A stretch of 64,000 nt of DNA from Myxococcota bacterium (lineage in GTDB: Bacteria > Myxococcota_A > SURF-8): positions 2,208,001-2,272,000 of the forward strand of contig OZ223209.1 in assembly GCA_965140415.1 (NCBI GenBank), in the 5' to 3' direction. The notes below the pieces were generated by a model. It did no database searches. It was not told the DNA's origin and worked only from the letters and a program-made list of their open reading frames with translations. Positions 50,293-60,412 of the stretch are shown here, piece after piece (position 1 is the first letter of the stretch; the number at the start of each line of letters is the position of its first letter). The translations under genes and the position numbers were made by a program.

Positions 50293-50924
50293 GACCGACC
50301 CGCCTTGTTCTGATAGTCCCGTTTCTCATCGCATTCAACTTGCATAACGATTTCTTCGCGTATTCGTTTGAGACGTTTTAACGTGGTTCCACGATTTTCT
50401 TCCAGGATGCCCGCAATGTCGTCCGCTTTCAATTCCTCAACGTAGAACAGGTGGAAGGTAAGTCGTTTGCGATCTTCCATCTTTTTCACAACTTCCATAA
50501 CTAGACGCACTTGTTCTTTGTTTTGGAAATGCCGGAATGAATGATCCTGGTTTTTCTCTGTTGCCATTTCCGTTTCCGAAAACGACTTCAAGAGGCCGCT
50601 GTACGTTTTTCCGCGCTTGATTTCGTTTAAGCACAAATTGCAAGTGATACGATAAATCCAAGTACTTAGCTTGGAATCTGCTCGGAAACGACCGATAGTG
50701 CGAAAGACTCGAATGAAAGTTTCTTGAACGATATTCTGCGCTTCGGCCTCATTTTGCAGAAACTGAAAAGCAAGCCGGAAAACCCGATCCGCATTCTGAT
50801 CGTAAAGCGCTCGGAAAGCGCCGGAATGCCCTTGCCGGATTCCATCCAGTATGCTGGCATCATCCAGGTTGCCGATGGGAATTACGTTGTTCTTAAATCC
50901 TGTGTTCATTTCTCGATATCGCAA
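50289..50924 (-). CDS. ECF RNA polymerase sigma factor
   Basis: AFRALY, VQETFIRVF, LSTWIYRI, region 4 DIAGILE. Confidence 0.9.
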   Translation of the reverse strand: MRYREMNTGFKNNVIPIGNLDDASILDGIRQGHSGAFRALYDQNADRVFRLAFQFLQNEAEAQNIVQETFIRVFRTIGRFRADSKLSTWIYRITCNLCLNEIKRGKTYSGLLKSFSETEMATEKNQDHSFRHFQNKEQVRLVMEVVKKMEDRKRLTFHLFYVEELKADDIAGILEENRGTTLKRLKRIREEIVMQVECDEKRDYQNKAGRS

Positions 50925-51209
50925 ATCGGGTTCAGAAATCGTATTGTTCTGTAGCTACCCGTTTTCTATCACTATTTGATGAAAACCCTACCATATTAAA
51001 AAGCGTTACGGCAGAGAATTACATGTTTTGTACATGGCTGACTGCGAAATGTGCCTGCCACGTGCTCGCACACCTTCTGTCATTGGACAACACGTAAAAG
51101 GGAATGATGGCAAAGAAAATAAAAAAAATATGCGAATGGAAATCTTGGTTTTTTTACTGTGATTGCCGATGTTTTTCGTAAAGAAAGAAAATGAAGAAAG
51201 AAAAAGCAC

Positions 51210-51237
51210 TTGACAATCGGATGGAGAAACTTATTAT
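51210..51237 (+). promoter_or_regulatory. Sigma-70 promoter of tetR-hlyD
   Basis: TTGACA-N16-TATTAT preceded by an A-rich UP-like tract. Confidence 0.7.
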
Positions 51238-51244
51238 GTGAAAA

Positions 51245-51264
51245 GTAACTAAACGGTTAGTTAC
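51245..51264. promoter_or_regulatory. Probable TetR operator
   Basis: Palindrome GTAACTAA-ACGG-TTAGTTAC at the predicted transcription start. Confidence 0.7.
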
Positions 51265-51287
51265 AAAACACTTGGAGAGCGCCTGAG

Positions 51288-51920
51288 ATGGAATCAGAAA
51301 AACCCAAGAGAAACGCGAAACTAGCAAAAGCTCGCTTGCTTCGTGAAGCAGAGAAATTGTTTGTTAAAAAAGGATATCATGCCGTTTCCGTGGATGAGAT
51401 CGCTGCCAAAACGAAGCTGAACAAGCGAATGATCTATGTGTATTTCGGTTCAAAAGAAAAGTTGTACACCGAAGTGCTTAGAACGAATTTTGCCAAAATA
51501 GAAGAACTGGACATTCCAGAGCAGCAGAATGAAGGTGATTATTTCGAGAGACTTTCCGGATTGATGCACCAGTATTTTTTCTTTCTCTCCAGAAATCCGA
51601 ATTTCGTGAGGCTGCTGGCCTGGGAGATTCTGCTTGCGGATAAACGTTCGTTAAAACGGCTGGCTCAATATGCCTTTGGCGGCATTACGATGCTTCGTGA
51701 TGCTCTGGAAGAAGGGATCGATCGTGGAATTCTGCGGGAAGACCTCCGATTGCATACCTTGTCTTTTGCCGTGATTTCACTCTTTTACAATTTCTTCAGT
51801 ATGCGTCCGCTGGCTCAGGAGTTCTGGAATAGAGATCTGGAAAACGATGAAGCCCTCCATAAGATGCTGCGTCAATTGACGACTCTCTTTATGGAAGGTG
51901 CAGTAAATAGACCTCGTTAA
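51288..51920 (+). CDS. TetR/AcrR family regulator
   Basis: LFVKKGYHAVSVDEIA..LNKRMIYVYFGSKEKLY. Confidence 0.92.
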   Translation: MESEKPKRNAKLAKARLLREAEKLFVKKGYHAVSVDEIAAKTKLNKRMIYVYFGSKEKLYTEVLRTNFAKIEELDIPEQQNEGDYFERLSGLMHQYFFFLSRNPNFVRLLAWEILLADKRSLKRLAQYAFGGITMLRDALEEGIDRGILREDLRLHTLSFAVISLFYNFFSMRPLAQEFWNRDLENDEALHKMLRQLTTLFMEGAVNRPR

Positions 51921-52246
51921 TGGAAGGATCACAAATGATGAATCGTTTGCAGAACATAGCGGTTGTGCTTTTAGCGGCAATTTTGTGTGTAGTCGTTTTC
52001 CAGGCTTGCGAAAGAGCCGAAATGAAACAGGAAAAAGCGATTACCGGGTTGATAGACGCCACGGAAATCGACATCGCTTCCAAAATCCCGGGGCGAGTCA
52101 AAGAGATGGCGGTGCGCGAAGGAGATCGGGTGGAGAAAGGTCAGAAGCTGTTGACGTTATCCAGTGATGAAATCGAGGCCAAAATCGCTCAGGTCAATGC
52201 CGGTATCGATGCTTCGAAGGCGCAACTGGATATGGCTCGCAGTTAG
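51920..52246 (+). pseudogene. 3'-truncated HlyD-family membrane-fusion protein
   Basis: IDIASKIPGRVKEMAVREGDRVEKGQ lipoyl half-motif and start of hairpin; stops after 108 aa within the nadB stop codon. Confidence 0.75.
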
Positions 52247-53841
52247 ATGACGGTATCTCGCTTGCAGAGTCCGTCATCCAAGTAGGGATAATCTCTGTTG
52301 TAGTGCAAGCCGCGTGATTCGTGTCTTAGTCTGGCTGAACGAATGATCAATTCCGCGACTTGAGCGATGTTACGCAGCTCAATGAAATCGGATGTCAGAT
52401 TGTATTTCCAATAGTAGGTTTCCACTTCCTGACGCACCAAACTGATGCGATGGCTTGCACGTTCCAAGCGGTTTTCCGTGCGGGCAATACCGACAAAATT
52501 CCACATAAATCGCCGGATTTCTTCCCAAGTCTGGGTAACGATTACCTTTTCATCTGCGGGAACGGCACGGCCATAATCCCAGGTCGGTACATTGCGGATG
52601 GTTTCCTCGCGAATGCGAGTTTTGATGCTTTCAACGGAATGTTTTGCGGCTCGCGAACCGAAAACGACCGCTTCCAGCAGGCTGTTGCTGGCCAATCGAT
52701 TCGCTCCGTGTAAGCCGGTACAGGCAACTTCACCGATGGCGTAAAGTCCTTCAATGTTGGTTTTTCCGTTTTCATCGGTCATGACGCCGCCACAGGAGAA
52801 ATGCGCAGCCGGAACCACTGGGATCGGTTCGCTGGAAATGTCGATTCCGTATTTCAGACATTGGCGGTAGATATTTGGAAAACGTTGCTGTATGAAATCG
52901 GGTTCGCGGGCGCTCATGTCCAGTACGACGTATTCATCGCCGGTGGTCTTCATCTCGGTGTCGATGGCGCGCGCAACGATGTCACGAGGTGCCAGCGATT
53001 CCATTTGATGATATTTGTGCATGAACAGTTCCCCGTTCTGCCGCTTCAATATGCCGCCTTCACCGCGCAACGCCTCTGAAATCAGAAACGATTTTGCCTT
53101 CGGGTGGAACAGGCAGGTCGGGTGAAACTGATAAAACTCCATATTGGCGATACGCGCCCCTGCTCGACGAGCCATGGCGATGCCGTCACCGGTGGCGACA
53201 TCCGGGTTGCTTGTATATAAGTAGACTTTGCCTGCACCTCCGGTGGCTAAGCAGGTAACGGGAGCGGAAAAGGTTTTAACCACTTGCGAACGGATATCAA
53301 GTGCATAAGCTCCCATGCAGATGCGATCGGATAGGTTGCCGGTGATTTTGTGTTTCATCAGCAGGTCGACGACGATGTGATACTCCAATACCTCGATATT
53401 GGGATGATCCATCACCTTTTCGGCAAGAGCGACTTCCACTGCCTGTCCGGTGAAGTCATCGACATGCAACACACGGCGTTTGGTATGACCTCCCTCGCGT
53501 CCGAGATCGTATTTTTCAGGGTTCTGTTCTGAGCGGTTGAAACTGACACCCATATCAACCAACTTTTTAATGGCTGCCGGTCCTTCTTCCACACATAATT
53601 GTACGATAGATTCTTTGCAGAGACCTGCTCCGGCATTTAGCGTATCGCGGATGTGATCGTCGAAGGAGTCTTTGCTGGATACAACCGAGGCAATGCCGCC
53701 CTGTGCGCGGTAAGTGTTGCTTTCCGTAATATTGCGTTTGGTCAACATGATGACTTTGCCGTGATCGGCCACTTCCAACGCAAAGTTCATTCCGGCCAAA
53801 CCGGAACCCATTACCAAATAATCACAAGGAATGATCATCAT
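52243..53841 (-). CDS. nadB: L-aspartate oxidase
   Basis: GSGLAG, AQGGIA, REGGH, QFHPT, LISEALRGEG, LAPRDIVAR, GLHGANRLASNSLLE, ESRGLH. Confidence 0.95.
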   Translation of the reverse strand: MMIIPCDYLVMGSGLAGMNFALEVADHGKVIMLTKRNITESNTYRAQGGIASVVSSKDSFDDHIRDTLNAGAGLCKESIVQLCVEEGPAAIKKLVDMGVSFNRSEQNPEKYDLGREGGHTKRRVLHVDDFTGQAVEVALAEKVMDHPNIEVLEYHIVVDLLMKHKITGNLSDRICMGAYALDIRSQVVKTFSAPVTCLATGGAGKVYLYTSNPDVATGDGIAMARRAGARIANMEFYQFHPTCLFHPKAKSFLISEALRGEGGILKRQNGELFMHKYHQMESLAPRDIVARAIDTEMKTTGDEYVVLDMSAREPDFIQQRFPNIYRQCLKYGIDISSEPIPVVPAAHFSCGGVMTDENGKTNIEGLYAIGEVACTGLHGANRLASNSLLEAVVFGSRAAKHSVESIKTRIREETIRNVPTWDYGRAVPADEKVIVTQTWEEIRRFMWNFVGIARTENRLERASHRISLVRQEVETYYWKYNLTSDFIELRNIAQVAELIIRSARLRHESRGLHYNRDYPYLDDGLCKRDTVI

Positions 53842-53990
53842 ACACTCCTGATAAAACTTGTGGTCTTCTGTATTGCTTACACAACGGCGGCGATCCTACC
53901 CCTTTGCAAAAGATTGTGCAAGGGTTTGATCTTTTCAGCTTCTCTTCATGTCATTATTGGGATGAGATTTCTCAGTTGGTTAGGAGGCAT

Positions 53991-54022
53991 AAAAGAAACC
54001 GGACCCTTAAAAAAGGACCCGG
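53991..54022 (-). terminator. Rho-independent terminator of lon
   Basis: Minus strand CCGGGTCCTT-tttt-AAGGGTCCGG then TTTCTTTT. Confidence 0.65.
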
Positions 54023-54042
54023 CAAGATTTTTTATCAACCAA

Positions 54043-56394
54043 TTAGTTTGAAGCGATTGTATGTTGCAGGATTTCGTCCATGTCGCGGATAAAGACGAAA
54101 TTCAAGGCTTTTCTGGAAGATTCGGAAATGTCATCCAGGTCTTTTTCATTGCGTTCCGGCAACAGGATGGTTTTGATTCCTGCCCGTTTGGCGGCTAGGA
54201 CTTTTTCCTTTATTCCGCCAACCGGCAAGACCGTCCCGCGCAGTGTGATTTCTCCCGTCATGGCGATATCTTTATTGATCGGCTGGTTTTTCAGCAGGGA
54301 GGTCAGGGCGGCCATCATCGTCACACCGGCTGAAGGGCCATCTTTGGGAATCGCACCGGCTGGGACATGGATGTGAACGTCGTGAGTCGAGAATACTTCC
54401 TCGTCGATACTCAACTCTTTGGAGCGACTGCGAATGTAGGACATGGCTGCTTTGGCGGATTCCTTCATGACATCACCCAGTTGACCAGTCGTTGTCAGAT
54501 CTCCGCGTCCTTTCATCATGGTCGCTTCGATAAACAGGATGTCGCCGCCTACCGGTGTCCAGGCCAAGCCAGTAGCGACGCCACTGCGGCTGGTACGTTC
54601 GGCAACTTCCGAGTAATACTTTTCTTTGCCTAGGATTTCTTCAACTCTTTCGGGCGTGATTATCTGTTTGTCCTTGTTCCCATAGGCAACATCTCGTGCA
54701 ACCGCACGGCAGATGCCTGCAATTTCACGTTTGAGGTTACGGACGCCTGCCTCTTTGGTGTAGCTGTTGATCATGTGGCTGAGCGCTTCGTCCGTAAATT
54801 CAATCATGTCTTCACTCAGACCGTGCTCGACGACATTTTCACCAATCAGATAACGTTTGGCGATCAGCAGTTTTTCTTCCTCGGTATAACCGGGAATGTT
54901 TATTACTTCCATGCGGTCCAGCAGAGGGGGCGGGACGGTGTCCAGCGTGTTGGCGGTAGTAATGAACATGACCCGCGAAAGATCGAAGGGAACGTCGATA
55001 TAATGATCGGAGAAAGCATGATTCTGCTCGGGGTCAAGCACTTCCAGCAAGGCGGAGGCTGGATCGCCACGGAAATCTTTCCCCAATTTCTCGATTTCAT
55101 CCAGCATGAAAACCGGGTTGTTGGTTCCTGCTTTTTTCAAGCCTGTCAGAATACGCCCCGGCAATGCGCCGATATAGGTTCGGCGATGTCCTCGAATCTC
55201 TGCTTCATCATGAACGCCGCCAAGCGACATCCGATGGAACTCACGACCCAAGGCTCTTGCAATCGAGCGACCGAGCGAGGTCTTTCCAACTCCCGGAGGG
55301 CCTTGTAGGCAGAGAATCGGTCCTTTTAGATTGCTGTTTTTCAACTTGAGCACGGCTAGGTATTCCAGGATTCGTCGCTTGACCTTCGCCAGGTCGTAGT
55401 GATCTTCCTCTAAAATATCCTCGGCAGATTTTAGATCTAGGTTGTCCGTAGTCGATTTCGACCATGGCAGTTCGATCATCCAGTCGAGATAGGTGCGTAC
55501 AACCTGATATTCTGGGGAACTGGTGTGCATGCGAGCCAGCCTTTTAAGCTCCTTCATGGCGGCTTCGTAGGCTTCTTCCGGCAGTTTGGCGTCTTCGATT
55601 GCACGGCGAAGTTTCTCGATTTCTTCCGAATCTCCGTCGGTTTCACCCAATTCCCGCTGGATGGCTTTCATCTGTTCACGCAAATAGGCTTCGCGCTGGT
55701 GGTGGTCGATTTTGTCTTTGACTTCAGACTGGATTTTGTTCCCAAGTTCCAGCACATCCAGTTCACGAGTCAGAATGCCCGTGATATCCTTCAATCTTTC
55801 CCGAAGATCCATCACTTCGAGAATACGTTGCTTATTCTCGACTTCCAGATCCAGATAATGTGCAACCATATCCGCCAGATAGGAAGGGGTCGGTGCTTTG
55901 TCCACCAGGAAACCGGCTTCGTCCGGTATGGTGGTGGACATGCGGATAACTTTGTGAACCGTGCTCTTCAGATTAAGGAAAAGCGCTTTCATTTCAAGGT
56001 CATCCGTGTTGAAAGGCTCCTCCTGGAAATACTCTACTTCCGCTTGGTGATATGGGAATTCGGAAACCATATCCACGATTTTAAAGCGGGCGATGCCTTG
56101 GATCAGGATACTGGCCGTCCCTTCTTTCGGATCCGATGCTTTGATGATTTTTCCAATAGTTCCATACTCATACAGATCTTTTTGTTCAGGCAGATCCACG
56201 TTCCCGTCTTTTTGGGCCACAATGCCCATCAATCCCCCACCTTCCACCACATCACTGAGCAATTTCAGTGATTTTTCCCTGCCGATGGACAACGGCAGTG
56301 TCATATAGGGGAAAAGTACGGTGTTTCTTACGGGCAGCAAGGGAACGATGCCGGGCAGCGCTGTTTCTTGGATCAGTTCATTTTCTGGTGACAT
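54043..56394 (-). CDS. lon: ATP-dependent Lon protease (LonA)
   Basis: N domain, GPPGVGKTS, RGHRRTYIGA, PKDGPSAG (catalytic Ser), GGIKEK. Confidence 0.97.
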   Translation of the reverse strand: MSPENELIQETALPGIVPLLPVRNTVLFPYMTLPLSIGREKSLKLLSDVVEGGGLMGIVAQKDGNVDLPEQKDLYEYGTIGKIIKASDPKEGTASILIQGIARFKIVDMVSEFPYHQAEVEYFQEEPFNTDDLEMKALFLNLKSTVHKVIRMSTTIPDEAGFLVDKAPTPSYLADMVAHYLDLEVENKQRILEVMDLRERLKDITGILTRELDVLELGNKIQSEVKDKIDHHQREAYLREQMKAIQRELGETDGDSEEIEKLRRAIEDAKLPEEAYEAAMKELKRLARMHTSSPEYQVVRTYLDWMIELPWSKSTTDNLDLKSAEDILEEDHYDLAKVKRRILEYLAVLKLKNSNLKGPILCLQGPPGVGKTSLGRSIARALGREFHRMSLGGVHDEAEIRGHRRTYIGALPGRILTGLKKAGTNNPVFMLDEIEKLGKDFRGDPASALLEVLDPEQNHAFSDHYIDVPFDLSRVMFITTANTLDTVPPPLLDRMEVINIPGYTEEEKLLIAKRYLIGENVVEHGLSEDMIEFTDEALSHMINSYTKEAGVRNLKREIAGICRAVARDVAYGNKDKQIITPERVEEILGKEKYYSEVAERTSRSGVATGLAWTPVGGDILFIEATMMKGRGDLTTTGQLGDVMKESAKAAMSYIRSRSKELSIDEEVFSTHDVHIHVPAGAIPKDGPSAGVTMMAALTSLLKNQPINKDIAMTGEITLRGTVLPVGGIKEKVLAAKRAGIKTILLPERNEKDLDDISESSRKALNFVFIRDMDEILQHTIASN

Positions 56395-56761
56395 AGTCTC
56401 TATTTCCCTTTATCAGCTATGGCTGTTTCAATCGGTTTCTTTCGCTTCGTCTATAATATCTAATTTCAATTATAAGAAAGTCAAGATGCACGAAGCAAGT
56501 TTCCTTGAATATCTTTAATTCGTAAAAACTCAGTGAAATTGCTATTTCACTTGTACTGCGCTTCCCAACATATGATATACTTACAGACTGAATTTATTTC
56601 CCCTTTGAAAAAGGGGGATAAGTTTGTTGATAGATGCGTAGTTGCATCATAGAAAATGGGAACATTGACCACAAGTGATTTGTCTCTCTCTAATGTCTGG
56701 TTGCACATAGTTTGTAAACGAACCTGCACGAACAACAAGTTAGAAGGGGTGGCTTAGCAGT

Positions 56762-57796
56762 ATGACGACCGAGTCCGACAAGCCGATCAAGCCGCGTTTC
56801 GTGGAAGTACTTCCCAGCGAGGAGGAACTTAGCGAAGACGAACTTGAAATGTCCGAAGATGAGGATACGGATTATGAAGAACAAAGTGATGACTCGGAAG
56901 TGTCATCGTCGCCATTTGCAGCCTCTTCTTCAACGCAATTGGCTCCCCGTTCTTCTTCGTCACTGGTGCGATTCGATCCGCTTCAGCGGTATTTATCCGA
57001 AATCCGCCAGTATCCGCTGCTAAGTCGGGAAGATGAACACGATCTTGCTGTCAGGTATCACGAAGAAGGAGATCTCGAGGCGGCTCATCATCTGGTTACT
57101 GGGAATCTCAGGCTGGTCGTCAAGATTTCGATGGAATATCATAAGTACTGGATGAATCTTTTAGATTTGGTTCAAGAAGGCAATGTTGGTCTTATGCAGG
57201 CTGTCAAACATTACGATCCATACAAGGGCGTCAAGCTCAGTTCCTATGCTTCGTTCTGGATAAAGGCCTATATTCTCAAGTTCATCATCGACAACTGGTC
57301 TTTGGTGAAAATCGGCACCACTCAGGCGCAGCGTAAGCTCTTTTTCAATTTGAAGAAGCAGAAAGAGAAATATGCGCTACTGGGATACGATCCGGGTGCG
57401 GAGCAGATCGCCAAAGACCTCAGCGTCAAGCCTTCTCTCGTTGTTGAAATGGAACAACGTATGGCGGGCGGCGATTTGTCACTGGATCAGCCGGTTGGAC
57501 ATGAATCCGAAGACCGACATATTGATTTTCTTCCATCTAACGATGAAGGGATCGATGACTTCCTGGCAGACAAGGAAATTCGGGATCTTTTCAAGGAAAA
57601 GCTCAAAGAGTATCGCAGTCAGTTGAAGGACAAGGAATTGTATATCTTCGATCACCGATTGCTTTCCGAAACCCCTGAAACGTTGAATAGCATCGGGGAT
57701 CGTTATGGGATTTCGCGAGAACGTATTCGTCAAATCGAAGAACGTTTGGTAGACAAAATCCGGCAGTATTTTCGTGAGGAGGTAGAAGAACCATGA
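56762..57796 (+). CDS. rpoH: Sigma-32 (RpoH) family sigma factor with acidic N-terminal extension
   Basis: NLRLVVKI, DLVQEGNVGLM, RpoH box TTQAQRKLFFNL, SRERIRQIE. Confidence 0.9.
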   Translation: MTTESDKPIKPRFVEVLPSEEELSEDELEMSEDEDTDYEEQSDDSEVSSSPFAASSSTQLAPRSSSSLVRFDPLQRYLSEIRQYPLLSREDEHDLAVRYHEEGDLEAAHHLVTGNLRLVVKISMEYHKYWMNLLDLVQEGNVGLMQAVKHYDPYKGVKLSSYASFWIKAYILKFIIDNWSLVKIGTTQAQRKLFFNLKKQKEKYALLGYDPGAEQIAKDLSVKPSLVVEMEQRMAGGDLSLDQPVGHESEDRHIDFLPSNDEGIDDFLADKEIRDLFKEKLKEYRSQLKDKELYIFDHRLLSETPETLNSIGDRYGISRERIRQIEERLVDKIRQYFREEVEEP

Positions 57797-60354
57797 AAAT
57801 CCGCGCCTACACCGTCAGTCCCTCGTTACCGAGGCGTCTTTTCCCGCTCATGAATGTGAGCCGAAACATTTACTGGTGTTGGATGCCGGAGGCAGTAGAG
57901 TTGTTCCGGCGTATCGACATCGACCTTTGGGAATCGACCGGACACAATCCAGTGCGTCTGTTGGGAGAGGTCAGCCAGCAGCGCTTGGAGGATTTGTCCA
58001 AGGATGAAAGTTTTCTCGCTCACATGGACAATGTGGCCATCGAACTGGAAGACTATCAAAGCACACGGCATTGGTTCGCGCAGAACCATCCCGATATGAA
58101 AGGGATGAATATCTGCTACTTTTCCGCCGAATTCGGTTTACACGAATCGTTGCCGATCTATTCCGGCGGTTTGGGATTGTTGGCGGGCGACCATCTCAAG
58201 GCGGCCAGCGATCTGGGATTGCCGCTGACGGGAATTGGCTTGCTTTACCGGCAAGGATATTTCCGGCAGTATTTGAATATCGAAGGCTGGCAGCAGGAAA
58301 GCTACCCGGAAAACGATTTCTCCGTCATGCCTTTTTCTTTGTTGAAAGACAAAGAGGGCAAGCCGGTGCTGGTGAGCGTGCATCTGCCCGGGCGTGAAGT
58401 GGTGGTTCAATGCTGGAGTTTGAATGTCGGGCGCGTCCGTCTGTTGATGCTCGATACCAACCTGCTTCCCAATCGCCCGGAAGATCGTGAAATTACGAGC
58501 CAATTGTATGGCGGCGATCTGGAAATGCGCTTGAAGCAGGAGATCGTTTTAGGTATCGGCGGAATTCGCTTGCTGCGTGCAATTGGCATCATTCCGAATG
58601 TGTGTCATATGAACGAGGGGCATTCGGCCTTTTTGGCGCTGGAGCGTATCCGCTTTTTCGTCGAGGAGCACAACCTCGATTTCCAGACTGCCCAGGAAAT
58701 CGTTTCGGCAAGCAATGTTTTTACTACCCATACGCCGGTGCCTGCTGGAAACGACGTGTTCCCGCCGGATATGGTGGACCACTATTTCCGCGACTACTAC
58801 AACAACCTTCATTTGAACCGGGAACAGTTCTTGGGGTTGGGGCGTCAAGACCCATTTGACAGAAACGAACAGTTCTGCATGACGGTCCTGGCGATTCGGC
58901 TTGCTGCCCACCGCAACGGTGTATCCAAACTCCATGGGCAAGTATCGCGCAAAATGTGGGAAAGAATCTGGCCGGGTTTGAACCCGGATGAAATCCCCAT
59001 CGGTCACATCACGAATGGCGTACACATTCCTGGTTGGATCAGCCACGATCTGGCCCAACTCTACACTCGCTATCTCGGCCCGCGCTGGATCATGAATTCA
59101 CAGGATCATCAGGCCTGGGAAGGAATTACGCGCGTACCGGATGCCGAACTCTGGCGTACTCACGAGCGACGCAGAGAGCGCCTGGTCGGCTTCGCACGTC
59201 GAAGACTGCACAACCAGGAAGTGTCGCGTGGCGCGATTCAGACCGATATCCAGCGAGTTGGAGAGGTGCTGGACCCGGAAGCGTTGACTTTGGGTTTCGC
59301 TCGCCGCTATGCCACATATAAACGTGGCGCTCTGCTATTCAGCGATCCCGACCGACTGGACCGGATTTTGAATGACAAGGACCGTCCGGTTCAGATCATT
59401 TTTGCCGGAAAGGCTCATCCCCAGGATTCTCTGGGAAAAGAGGTTATCAAGACCATTATCCAATATGCCCGCGAACCGCGTTTCAGAAATCGGGTTGTGT
59501 TCATTGAAGATTACGATATCAACGTTGCCAGCCACCTCGTACAGGGAGTGGACGTCTGGATCAACACGCCACGTCGTCCGTTGGAGGCCAGCGGTACCAG
59601 CGGCATGAAGGCTGCGGCCAATGGCGTTATCAATGTCAGTATTCTCGACGGCTGGTGGGATGAGGCATACAACAAGGATAATGGCTGGGCTATCGGCAAT
59701 GGGGAAGAATACGCCGATCATGCTTACCAGGATGAAGTGGAAAGTCGGGCTTTATTCGATCTTCTGGAAGAGGAAATCGTCCCGATGTTTTACAAGCGTG
59801 GTGCGGATGGTTTGCCGCGTCAGTGGCTGGCATTGATGAAGCAATCGATTTTAAGCAACGCCTCGGTCTTCAATACAAACAGAATGGTAATCGATTATCT
59901 GGATAAATTCTATAAGCCCGGGGCCTTTGCCCGTGAAAAACTCATGATGGATGATTTGAAACCGGCTCGTGAACTGGCCGAATGGAAGAACTCCATTCGT
60001 CGTCGCTGGGCGCACATCCAGATTCATTCGGTGGATGAGATGGATCCCGAACGCGAGGCTGCGTTAACGGTGGGTGGTCTGTTCCCCGTTAAAGTGCTGG
60101 TTCGATTGGAAGAATTGAAGCCGGATGAGATCGCGGTGGAAGTGTGCTATGGACGGCTGGATAGCGTCGGTAAAATCCGCGATGACCACTCGGTTCGGCT
60201 TTCCTATACGGAACAGCAGGAGGATGGACAGCACGTTTACGAAGGTCAAGTGCCTCTGGATCGGGCCGGACGTTGCGGTTTCAGTGTGCGAGTGCTGCCG
60301 TACCATACGCATATGACTCAGCGCTTCGAGCCGGGTTTGATTATCTGGGAATAG
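57793..60354 (+). CDS. glgP: Alpha-glucan (glycogen/maltodextrin) phosphorylase
   Basis: YSGGLGLLAGD, HMNEGH, FAGKAHP, PLP motif EASGTSGMK. Confidence 0.95.
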   Translation: MKIRAYTVSPSLPRRLFPLMNVSRNIYWCWMPEAVELFRRIDIDLWESTGHNPVRLLGEVSQQRLEDLSKDESFLAHMDNVAIELEDYQSTRHWFAQNHPDMKGMNICYFSAEFGLHESLPIYSGGLGLLAGDHLKAASDLGLPLTGIGLLYRQGYFRQYLNIEGWQQESYPENDFSVMPFSLLKDKEGKPVLVSVHLPGREVVVQCWSLNVGRVRLLMLDTNLLPNRPEDREITSQLYGGDLEMRLKQEIVLGIGGIRLLRAIGIIPNVCHMNEGHSAFLALERIRFFVEEHNLDFQTAQEIVSASNVFTTHTPVPAGNDVFPPDMVDHYFRDYYNNLHLNREQFLGLGRQDPFDRNEQFCMTVLAIRLAAHRNGVSKLHGQVSRKMWERIWPGLNPDEIPIGHITNGVHIPGWISHDLAQLYTRYLGPRWIMNSQDHQAWEGITRVPDAELWRTHERRRERLVGFARRRLHNQEVSRGAIQTDIQRVGEVLDPEALTLGFARRYATYKRGALLFSDPDRLDRILNDKDRPVQIIFAGKAHPQDSLGKEVIKTIIQYAREPRFRNRVVFIEDYDINVASHLVQGVDVWINTPRRPLEASGTSGMKAAANGVINVSILDGWWDEAYNKDNGWAIGNGEEYADHAYQDEVESRALFDLLEEEIVPMFYKRGADGLPRQWLALMKQSILSNASVFNTNRMVIDYLDKFYKPGAFAREKLMMDDLKPARELAEWKNSIRRRWAHIQIHSVDEMDPEREAALTVGGLFPVKVLVRLEELKPDEIAVEVCYGRLDSVGKIRDDHSVRLSYTEQQEDGQHVYEGQVPLDRAGRCGFSVRVLPYHTHMTQRFEPGLIIWE

Positions 60355-60372
60355 GCTACGAACGAATTACGT

Positions 60373-60412
60373 AAAGAAAACCGGGTCGAAGCCTCGATCC
60401 GGTTTTTCTTTT
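60373..60412. terminator. Bidirectional terminator
   Basis: AAAGAAAA-CCGGGTCGA-agcc-TCGATCCGG-TTTTTCTTTT between convergent genes. Confidence 0.8.

Noticed and set aside
56395-56761. CIRCE element or classical sigma-32 promoter between lon and rpoH
   Set aside because: Neither TTAGCACTC-N9-GAGTGCTAA nor a CTTGAA/CCCCAT pair found by eye
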